Source of the DNA: an uncultured virus (IMG/VR IMGVR_UViG_3300032180_000385)
Taxonomy: Duplodnaviria > Heunggongvirae > Uroviricota > Caudoviricetes
Virus record (IMG/VR): IMGVR_UViG_3300032180_000385
Location: 62,001 to 126,000 of that record
Strand: one strand, 5' to 3'
DNA length: 64,000 nucleotides
Every line of letters begins with the position of its first letter. The stretch's first letter is position 1. The notes under the pieces were generated by a model that saw only the letters and a list, made by a program, of their open reading frames with translations, did not search any database and was not told the origin of the DNA. Position numbers and translations under genes: made by a program. This document shows positions 55,650-64,000 of the stretch, piece by piece.

Positions 55650-56186
55650 CTAGGCCGACGGCGGCACCGCCGTGTGGCTCTCAACATAGGCACGAACCAC
55701 GGAGTAGAGAGCCCGCTGGCCCGCCACGATCGCCGCAGCCAGTCCGATGAAAGCACCAAAGCCCCAGCCGATGGAGAGTCCTGGTATCCCCGAGTCCGGC
55801 TTGTCGAAAAACGCGATCAGCACGAGAAGCAGCTGAACGGCGGTCCCGATGGCGAGCAGGTTCCCGTGCGCAGCAGGAGAGATCAGCCGGCCCCAGGCCG
55901 TGGTTGCCACTAGGTAACCGATCAGCGCGAGCGCGACAAGGAACTCGACCCACATCCATCCGTAGTAGGTGGCGTCCGTACTTCCCCCGATCGAGTACCC
56001 GAATCCGCTAATCGAAGCGGTGTACCAGGGCAGGAAAAGCGCGATCAGCGCGACGAGGGACGCCACTCCGACAACCTTGTCGACGTTGGTCAGCCGACTC
56101 AGATCGAAACTGACCGGGGCCTGGCTCACCGAACGCGGCGCTGGTTCTGGTGCCGGTGTCCCGTTGTCCTTATTTTCTATGGGCAT
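55650..56186 (-). CDS. four-TM membrane protein
   Basis: LIALFLPWY...GWGFGAFIGLAAAIV hydrophobic segments. Confidence 0.7.
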   Translation of the reverse strand: MPIENKDNGTPAPEPAPRSVSQAPVSFDLSRLTNVDKVVGVASLVALIALFLPWYTASISGFGYSIGGSTDATYYGWMWVEFLVALALIGYLVATTAWGRLISPAAHGNLLAIGTAVQLLLVLIAFFDKPDSGIPGLSIGWGFGAFIGLAAAIVAGQRALYSVVRAYVESHTAVPPSA

Positions 56187-56273
56187 CTTCCGCCTCTTCC
56201 TCTTTCTTTCGTCACATCTTAGACTCTATGATACTACTAGACCAACACTACAGGGAAGGTAGCCGTGCAACAG

Positions 56274-56732
56274 TCACGCATCAGGAAACCATCCGTTCCC
56301 AGAAGAGTAACCGCCGTCACCGTCATCGAAGTTCCGGCAGACCTCCGCGATGAGCAGTTGAGCGATGACGTAAGCTGCTGCCTCGGTGAGATCGACGAGC
56401 TGCTCGCTGACAACTAGGCACCGCCACTCTAACCGTTCGATCCGGTGCGTGGTGTCTGTCAGTCCTTTTGCCAGTCCGGCCCGGTAGTTCTGTTCCAACG
56501 CGAGCCAAAACCGGGCCGGGATGAAAGTCCCCATAGCGAGACAGTCCGCGTGCGACTTAAGCAGGGGCTTCCGATCCAGAACTTCACGGATCAGCGTGAC
56601 CGCGTACTGCTTGTTCTCCCTGCCCACGCAGGCAACGGCGAGCACATCCACGGACAAGCCGTTCTCCTGCATCCAGTCGTCCAGCGTCGCGGCCGGGGCG
56701 ATCGTCCAATCCGGATCGAAGGGGATTGTCAT
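56274..56732 (-). CDS. HigA-like XRE HTH protein
   Basis: FDPDWTIAP..TL..WM.E.GLS...LA...IPARFWLALEQNYR. Confidence 0.6.
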   Translation of the reverse strand: MTIPFDPDWTIAPAATLDDWMQENGLSVDVLAVACVGRENKQYAVTLIREVLDRKPLLKSHADCLAMGTFIPARFWLALEQNYRAGLAKGLTDTTHRIERLEWRCLVVSEQLVDLTEAAAYVIAQLLIAEVCRNFDDGDGGYSSGNGWFPDA

Positions 56733-57217
56733 AACAGCGCCGCCGACTCGATCATCCCTTGGTACGGAGGCGTGACGCAGTGCCACTCACGGAGCTTCCC
56801 GACCCGTTTTGCAAATCGCAATGTTTGCCAGGTCCCGCTCCGCAGCGACTGCGGATCCTCCTCGGAATAGGCAGGAAAGCCGAACACCATCGTGCTCTCG
56901 TCGACGATACGCCGATTCCGGTCGGCATACGTGGTGCCCGGCGGCATCTCAATCACCGTGATCCTACGCAGCCCTGTCGGAACAGCTCCCCACCAGGGAT
57001 CCACCCGACTACGGTCTGCCGGAACAACGATCACATGCTCAGCAGTATCCCGATGATAACAAAGCCACTTGCCGATAAAGGCGTCCCCGCCGATGCAGGC
57101 ACCCGTAATGTAACGATCGGCATCCGGAACCCGGGCAGTCAGCACGTTAGTCACCACGCCGTTCCGCGCCTCGGCGGACAGCTCCCGTGAAGCACTAAAG
57201 CCAACGCTGGTGATCAC
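56729..57217 (-). CDS. SLOG/DprA-like Rossmann-fold protein
   Basis: VGFSASR, ITGACIGGDA, RNRRIVD....GFP, SGTWQTLRFA. Confidence 0.6.
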   Translation of the reverse strand: MITSVGFSASRELSAEARNGVVTNVLTARVPDADRYITGACIGGDAFIGKWLCYHRDTAEHVIVVPADRSRVDPWWGAVPTGLRRITVIEMPPGTTYADRNRRIVDESTMVFGFPAYSEEDPQSLRSGTWQTLRFAKRVGKLREWHCVTPPYQGMIESAALL

Positions 57218-60200
57218 AGATACGGCCCATCTTGGGGAGGCTCGCCGTTGAGAATCCTGTCGACTTCTGCCTCGACCAGTGCGGACGTCCAGTTGTAGTG
57301 ATCATCGATCACGTAGGTACGAAGGATCTGCCGTTCGATCCGCTCATCCGACCAGTCCGGGTTCCGCTCGCGCAGCCACCGAGCACAGTCCCTGTCCGCA
57401 GCGGGATTCCGGCCCTCGGCATTCCTACGCTTATCAGCGCCTGCTCTTGCTCTCATTATTCTTCTTCCTCTTTTGACAGGATAACTTCGGTAAACCCGCC
57501 CAGCCGGGCCATGACCCGAATAAAGTTGTTTTTATACCCGTAAGTGTCATAAAACCAGCGACACAAAGCCCCGCCAACCTCCCGGTGAACGCCATAGGAA
57601 AGCGTTTCGTGGCAGATGATCCCCTGACTGCCTTCCTGCATCCCGTCTCGCACCATCTGCCGGAGCCGTCCTGACTGCAAATACATCGAATTCCCTGGTC
57701 GGCCGATGCACGTTGGGCATTGCTCGGACAGTACCCGCGGCCTGGATTCCCCGCGAACGAAGCATGATTCCCTGCTTGGCGGTTCGTCTCCGTCGTCATA
57801 GCTCATCTATATTACCCCCGTAATTCTCAGAACAATCACAATTATCGCAAGGATGCAGCCGATAGCCGCTTCCAGGTCGTCACGCCAGACCGGCTCGGTG
57901 ACCGTCCGCTCACACTCGGAGCACCAGAACTGGTAGCGTGCGAGCCAGAGGCGTTTCCATGACCGGTACGGAACGATCATAAGCACATGGCTCTCACAGT
58001 ACTGCTTCGATCTCATCCCGCCGATCCTTCCCCGCAAGGCGCTCTGGTCATTCTACCCTCTGCGGAGCACTTCAGCTACACATCTGCCCGTTTGACGAAC
58101 AGCATCTTACGGTATAGAACAGGCAGACCACCCGCGGCCTGGAGGAGCGCATGTCTGATCTCGCTGTTTCCCTCACTGTCACCGGCCTGCACGGAACGCT
58201 GATCCTGATCGCCGTCATCCTGATCGCGATCGGGGCCATCATCACCGTGTTCGTGAATCCGCGAACCCCCTGGGCGACGTTCGTAGCGCTCGGCCTGTGC
58301 CTTGCTACCCTGGCGTTGCTGATCACCGGCTAAAACAGAGTACCCATCCGGCCAAAGTTCCCGCGGCGGAAGCGCGCTCAGCAGCACGTGCTCCGGCTCC
58401 GCCCTAGCCGCCTCCCCGGTCGCATCGTCCCGGAACCTGAAACCACCCTCGTTCCGTCGATACCGATAGACAACAGCGCTATACCCGTCGAGAATGTAGA
58501 ACTCGATGCGGTAAATGCACCGCTCGACGGGCTCGGGGATGTTCTGTCTCACCCAGGTAAACACCTCTGGCGAGTTCGATATCCGAAAGACAGCCGGGTC
58601 GCCACCGCTGTTACAATCCCAGACAAGAACAGGCGCGGCCGGAATCACCTGGCAAGATCACCGCGCTCCAGCCGGTCAGCGTTTAGCTCGAGAACCCGAA
58701 TGATCCCCCACGGCCAGAACGTCTTCGGCCTCGTCGTCCGACGCCGGATCACCTCTGCGGCCTCACGCAGCTTCCGGGCATCCGCCTCCCGTCCCAACCG
58801 GACGACATCCTCCACGTACTCACTGTCCATCCGCCTGCCCGGCCCTCTCATCTCATGCGGTCCCATCTTGTTCTCCTATCGTCCGCATGCCGAATTCCAC
58901 CGCTTGCCCGTTCGCTTCCAGTGGCACTGCCCAGCCTTCACGGCATCATCGACCGAAAAAGATGACCCGTCCGCCATCACCGGGTTAATGAACGCGAATG
59001 CGCTGATCCCGTCGAGGGTAACTATTTTTCCGCACATGCATTTCGCGCCGGTTAGCAGCTTCACCGCCAGCGCCTCAGCGGCCTCGCACGGGTCAGAGTG
59101 ATTTTCAGCAATGATGCGCATACCTTTATAATAAGCAGTGGCGTACCAGCCTGCCTCGGCAACAGGAACATCCTCATGGAGACATCCAAGCTCGAACGAT
59201 GTCGCTCCGGTTCGCCCGGTCAGATCAGCGGCGGCTATTACTCGGTTCTCATCGTCGGGCGTCATGACCATACTGAAAACAACACCTTCATCATAGTCCT
59301 GATAAGCCCCTCGAAATTATCCAGGATTTTCGTGTACGGCGAACCGTCTCCGCTGACCGACCACGCATCCCAGTCTTGCTCCGAGTACCGCTCCAAGGGG
59401 ATGTTACCTGCTCGGGCTGCTGACGCGTACCAGTCATCGTTATCGCGTGCCATTAGCATCCTTCGCGTGATCAGGACAGAAATCCAGCCGCGTGCCGTAC
59501 TCAACCTCACGTTCGCTCACCCGGATGATGTTTTCCACACCTGTTTTCCAGCCGAGCGGGCGCAGCCTGGCCCGGACCGCCGTTACCGTCATACCCTCCC
59601 CGAGTTGAAGCTGCGAACCGTAGCGCATCTCCGCGCAACCCTCATGATTGCACATCACGCCCATGTCGGTGAAGCGGATCGCGCTCATTGCTGTTCCCTT
59701 GCCGGCACGAGCGAGCGAAGCAGCTCTTCCACGTGCTCCTCGTCGAGATGGTGACCATGATACTCACACACCTTACACAGCCGAACGCCTTCCGCGATAG
59801 AAACATCCCCAGGGATACCATCGAGTCCGCAGCACGGGCAGCTTCCGGCCAGCCAGCGCTCCCGCACCCGGCAGTAATAGGCCTCATTCAGCCCTCTCCG
59901 CCACTTTTCCTCAGGCATTGCTATCCGATTCAGTATATAGCTCCAAGTCTTCCAAATAATCACAAGCGGCTAGCTTTCCCTCAAGGTATGTCACGACCCA
60001 CGCTATAAAACGAGCATCGTCCTCCAAACTGTTTTTCTCCGCCAAAATAACAGTTAGAGAGCACCTCCCGCTACCTCCATTATGGGTACGCAGACCTGAC
60101 GCCTTCACCCTCAGCATCCGAAGAGGCTGCCCGCCGGATCCCCCTCCATATTTTTCATCCAGACGAATTTCCGTCGTTATCGTTGCTGCAATCACTGTTG

Positions 60201-60225
60201 TCCGTCTTTCAGTTCGTTTAGACAC
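57214..60225 (-). CDS. run of small hypothetical early genes, several Cys-rich (57214-57456, 57456-57806, 57807-58037, 58645-58866, 58876-59271, 59440-59688, 59685-59963)
   Basis: Coupled stop/start overlaps; CxxC motifs. Confidence 0.45.
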
Positions 60226-61211
60226 GTCGCATTTGCATCAGTAATCATAGCGATGGCCGACCCGTGTCGAGCAGCCGTCTCAACAATTCCGGACGCGTTC
60301 TTAGCTAGCATCTCTATGCGCTGCCGATGCTGCTCAACAGTTGCCGTACCCCAGGTAACCATCGTACCATCACCGAGCGCTATCTGGGTATTCAACAGCT
60401 CAGTTGTAACTTCCAGACGAGTCTGCGCAGCTACCTCATAGATCAGCTTATAAATTTGTTTTCTTCGAAGCTCCTCGTAATACGCCATTGGCCCATCCGG
60501 ATGCCAATTAGATTCAAAAAAAGCAACACTCCTCTCATCGGTATTTGCAGCAGCAGCACGCGCACGCTCATACCAGTCGGCAAAATCCTTGCCAAGCCAC
60601 CTGCGGAACTTCTTTCGTTCATGTGCATCCAGCCATACGCCTGGCCCCGCCAAGCAGTCTCTATACTTGATAAACTCCGGTGGTGTGGGGGCGACCGCAT
60701 GCTGCGGATCATCTCGACGCCACTCAACCAAATTTTCTCTCGCCGTAGCCGTATATACATACTCCACGCCGATAGCCTCCGCGTACTCTTGCCTGATTCC
60801 CTCTGGTATAGCACCACGATCCGGTACTACGCGACCTGTCCTAACCCCCCATTCCCGAATAACACGAGCCGGATGAGCTGCTACGAAATCACTTCGCTGA
60901 CGACACCACTCCCGATGCTGTTCTTCCTTGAGCCTCTGCTCTGAACGTCGTACCTCTCGTGCCGTCTGCTGTGCTGTTTCATATTCGATTCGCTGCGCTT
61001 CCCTAGCTGCACGATCCTCCGCTACGCGCGCCTGCTGACGACGATGACCTGCCACATAAGAACTAAGCATCCCGATAGCAAACTCGCGAAGCCGATCCTG
61101 ATTCATTCCTCTCGCCACAGTAGCAGCAATGACTTCCGGGTCATCATCCTGACGCTCATCAGCTAGCTGAAGTGCCTGCGTGATCCAGGCGGAATACGTG
61201 TCCTCAGGCAT
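60192..61211 (-). CDS. protein with an internal Lsr2-like DNA-binding domain
   Basis: ARVIREWGVRTGRVVPDRGAIPEGIRQEY resembles the Lsr2 C-terminal domain (IREWA..NG..VS.RGRIP). Confidence 0.6.
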   Translation of the reverse strand: MPEDTYSAWITQALQLADERQDDDPEVIAATVARGMNQDRLREFAIGMLSSYVAGHRRQQARVAEDRAAREAQRIEYETAQQTAREVRRSEQRLKEEQHREWCRQRSDFVAAHPARVIREWGVRTGRVVPDRGAIPEGIRQEYAEAIGVEYVYTATARENLVEWRRDDPQHAVAPTPPEFIKYRDCLAGPGVWLDAHERKKFRRWLGKDFADWYERARAAAANTDERSVAFFESNWHPDGPMAYYEELRRKQIYKLIYEVAAQTRLEVTTELLNTQIALGDGTMVTWGTATVEQHRQRIEMLAKNASGIVETAARHGSAIAMITDANATCLNELKDGQQ

Positions 61212-61530
61212 TACGGTGCATCCATCCCACGAAAATCCTCGCTGACGTGCTTGCCTGCTGTCACTCTTCCCAGCCTCCCTCGCACGGGCAGTCATCGACG
61301 TTGCAGTGCCCCCAGCCGTGCTCCTCAGAGTCATGCTCGCAGGTGCAGTCGCTGAAGCTCGCCGAGTACTCCCACTCGCCGCCTTCGTCATCATCCGGGT
61401 CGATCACCGTCACCCTCCCCTGTAGGGCGTTACAATACTCCGATGCTACGGCGAGCGATACAGGCGGTACCCGAATGACAACCGTGAAATTTTCGAACTA
61501 CAGTAATGCAAGTATCGAACAGTAGCAGCA

Positions 61531-62052
61531 GTGTCACTCATCCACGTCAGAGGTGAAGACTGGCCCAGCCTGCCACCCGATCTGGCTTACTACCTGGGCT
61601 GGTATTTTTGGTCACCCTGGGTGCTCGACAACGCCCCGCACGACGACCGGCTGTTCCGCGGGTACGCCGAAATGATGACCAACATCGCCTGGTGGCTCGT
61701 CGCGTACCATCGCCTGCCCGCGGACGTCGCCGTTGCCTGGCTCCCGTGGTATCACCGGCTGGGGCTCGCTGCCGCTGCGGCCATGCCACCCGCCCCCGTG
61801 GCTGCCGCAGTAACCAGTCCGGGCGGAGAGCCTAGCCCAAGACAACCAGCTAAGCCCGTCCGCCCGATAAGCCCCGCCAGTGCCGAAGGACGACGAGGAG
61901 CAATAGGCACACTCTACCGCATGAAAGGCCCGTGGTTCTACGCCGCCTACCGAGGGCTGTGCTCCAGGTGCGGATCTCCCATCGAGCCTGGCGAGAAGAT
62001 CCGGGCGGACGGTGACGGCGGGTGGGAGTGCCGAGAATGTGACGAGCAGTAA
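61531..62052 (+). CDS. hypothetical protein with C-terminal zinc finger
   Basis: A.YRG.CSRCGSPIEPGE.I.......CREC. Confidence 0.5.
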   Translation: MSLIHVRGEDWPSLPPDLAYYLGWYFWSPWVLDNAPHDDRLFRGYAEMMTNIAWWLVAYHRLPADVAVAWLPWYHRLGLAAAAAMPPAPVAAAVTSPGGEPSPRQPAKPVRPISPASAEGRRGAIGTLYRMKGPWFYAAYRGLCSRCGSPIEPGEKIRADGDGGWECRECDEQ

Positions 62053-62061
62053 CCTGCCTTA

Positions 62062-62352
62062 CTACCAGGCGCGCAGAACATCGAGGTTGCGGAAGACCGG
62101 CGGAGTTCCGGACAGCTGCTGGTACCGCTCGGCCGCAGCCTGAGTCTCGGGCAGGGCAGAGTTCTCCATCGCGGACTCGTAGGAGTCGAAGACCACCGCC
62201 ATGCGGTAGAGCTGAGAATCGGAGCGATCGCGGGTCACCGTTATCGATCGTGCCGTGCGTTTTCCCTCGGTGGCAGCCCACCAGTCATCGTTAATCGTGT
62301 ACGCCGCGCTGATGTCAGACGTACGAAATTCGATAACCTGAACGAATGTCAT
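62062..62352 (-). CDS. ABM-like dimeric alpha+beta barrel protein
   Basis: MTFVQVIEF.T...WWAATEGKRT...DR....Y...V.F.SYE.AM.NS.LPET. Confidence 0.6.
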   Translation of the reverse strand: MTFVQVIEFRTSDISAAYTINDDWWAATEGKRTARSITVTRDRSDSQLYRMAVVFDSYESAMENSALPETQAAAERYQQLSGTPPVFRNLDVLRAW

Positions 62353-62365
62353 GATCCTGCTCCTG

Positions 62366-62665
62366 TCAGTTCGCCACCCTGGGGCGAGCATCTCCTACAT
62401 ACTGACCGGGCTGAGCGCCTAGCTCGAACAGATCGAAACACGGAAAATCCTCTGAGATACCGCCTGAAAGATCGAGGCGAGACTTGCCGCCTCCCGATTC
62501 TGGTACGTACTGCACGACCGTAACGCGCACTTCCGCCGACGGCAGCATCTCGAGGCCTACCACCACCATCGTACCGCCTGCTGACCCGAAGTAAGAAGAG
62601 GCTAGCTCTCCGTGTATGAGGTTAATTCTATCGCCGAGCCGAAGCTCATGCGCGTGCTTGATCAT
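62366..62665 (-). CDS. hypothetical protein
   Basis: AHELRLGDRI beta-barrel-like start. Confidence 0.4.
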   Translation of the reverse strand: MIKHAHELRLGDRINLIHGELASSYFGSAGGTMVVVGLEMLPSAEVRVTVVQYVPESGGGKSRLDLSGGISEDFPCFDLFELGAQPGQYVGDARPRVAN

Positions 62666-62722
62666 AATTCTCCCTGATAACCCGAACCACTACCGATCCG
62701 GTCTCAGTATCAGAGGATACAC

Positions 62723-62935
62723 TCACGGCACCAGGGCTTCCAGCAGCTCGTCGAGGAAGCCGGGCGGATCTTCGTAGTGCCGATTCCCGATGCAGCGCCC
62801 GCACATGAACACGCCCTCCGCAACAGCGGCCGGCTCGTAGTCCCGATCCCTGCCTGGCCAGGAGGTCAGCTCGCTCCCGCAGCACGGACAGCGGCCTTCC
62901 CGCCAGTACCGTCGACAGTACTCGAGATCACTCAT
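62723..62935 (-). CDS. Cys-rich small protein (paralog of 59685..59963)
   Basis: WREGRCPCCG...VAEGVFMCGRC...ELLEALVP. Confidence 0.5.
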   Translation of the reverse strand: MSDLEYCRRYWREGRCPCCGSELTSWPGRDRDYEPAAVAEGVFMCGRCIGNRHYEDPPGFLDELLEALVP

Positions 62936-63897
62936 TGTGCTAGAACCTCCAAGATCTGCTTTCCGAGATAAAACGTATAAGCCGGAGGAATTGCCTGCGC
63001 TATTTCCTTCGCATCCATCCAGTCGATTCCCATGGCTACCCGGTGAAGATTTACCTGCTCGATACCGTCCAAGTGATCACCATTCCCCGTGCCATACACC
63101 CCGATAGTCCCGGTCATCTTATCACTACCAGGTCCGTACTTCACCTGATAATATGGACGGTGCCTATCCTGCCATTGATGATTACATGCGACGCCTCGCA
63201 ACGGCAAGCTCGACTCGAAAAGCCGATGACGACGAACGCGAAGCGCGAATGACGACCCGCAAAGCTGAACTGGATTTAGCAACGGAGCACCCGGAACATT
63301 TTCGATAATATAGGGAAGACCAATTGATTGCACCATCTCACGAAACGGAACTACTAGATCTGGATAATCATCACGACCGGAATAAATGCCTTTCTTTTTC
63401 TGATGTGTAACTTTCACCAGCTCCGTCATTGCTGAATAATGCTGACATGGCGGACTGCCGACTACTACATCAAAATCCTGTGCGATAGCACTCAGCTCAC
63501 CTGCCGTCAGTTTCGTAAAATCAGCCTTCCAGAACTCAAATGGATAGTGTGGTTGCGGGTCAATGTCCATCCCGGTCACCTCAAACCCAGCCATATGGTA
63601 ACCCATTGAAGCCCCGCCAGCCTTACAGCAGATGTCCAGGAGCTTCTTCGCACTACTCCTAGCACCTGTCGCGCTCGACGACATTTTCGGCACTGACTCC
63701 GAAAATCCACGCTCACGCTGAGCACACCCGCACGAACGGGTATGCCCGGTCCTGAGATGCTCTACTGACACAGCAACCTCGTTGCCGCACTTGCAACGAC
63801 ATATAGCCATCCAGCGGGTCGTGCGTACCTCACGAATCACCGTAAGCCTGCCGAACCGGTTACCCGGGTATACCTGATACTCTCGCGGACGCGCCAT
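62932..63897 (-). CDS. C5 DNA methyltransferase-like protein fused to an HNH-type N-terminal Cys domain
   Basis: RFGRLTV...W...C.CKCG...L..G.T.SCGC, then LLDICCKAGGASMGY, SPPCQ, IENV, RHRLFE, QAIPPAY. Confidence 0.8.
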   Translation of the reverse strand: MARPREYQVYPGNRFGRLTVIREVRTTRWMAICRCKCGNEVAVSVEHLRTGHTRSCGCAQRERGFSESVPKMSSSATGARSSAKKLLDICCKAGGASMGYHMAGFEVTGMDIDPQPHYPFEFWKADFTKLTAGELSAIAQDFDVVVGSPPCQHYSAMTELVKVTHQKKKGIYSGRDDYPDLVVPFREMVQSIGLPYIIENVPGAPLLNPVQLCGSSFALRVRRHRLFESSLPLRGVACNHQWQDRHRPYYQVKYGPGSDKMTGTIGVYGTGNGDHLDGIEQVNLHRVAMGIDWMDAKEIAQAIPPAYTFYLGKQILEVLAQ

Positions 63898-64000
63898 CTA
63901 GCCATTATGCCCGAACGCCCGGGGTTATGCCCCTACGAGGACTTGCTCATCCCGAAGCCTTCCGATCTGAGAGCGCGGTGTTATGCGCGTTCACGGCTGC

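Noticed and set aside
63901..64000. Repeated TTATGCCC resembling the Y-unit 3' strand
   Set aside because: No matching GCGAGCCGGA or GGTTATC partner within the window; truncated by the window edge.
1..64000. Prophage boundaries, att site or integrase
   Set aside because: None recognisable, so a free phage cannot be distinguished from a prophage in this window.

Overview
The window is part of a high-GC tailed phage (or prophage) genome, most likely infecting an actinomycete (Lsr2-type domain, actinophage-type TerS/TerL). Almost all genes are on the minus strand. Reading right to left: (i) early/accessory genes (44.6-64 kb), with two C5-methyltransferase-like genes, secreted and lipoprotein genes, and a Ro60/TROVE gene preceded by a tandem array of six Y-RNA-like ncRNA genes, four carrying circularly permuted tRNA-like domains; (ii) TerS, five mini-ORFs that each begin with a copy of the TerL N-terminal peptide, TerL, an intein-containing portal with a frameshifted 5' end, an HK97 protease and the major capsid protein; (iii) about 30 kb between the capsid gene and the head-tail adaptor, holding a glycosylation module and many Gly/Ala/Thr-rich fibre or decoration proteins; (iv) head-tail adaptor and tail terminator. 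There are three inteins and at least six HNH-type genes. A conserved hairpin motif (CYGMGGCC-Nx-GGAGCCRG) occurs nine times upstream of structural genes. No integrase, tape measure, polymerase or CRISPR array is visible. All assignments come from reading motifs by eye; no database searches were run.
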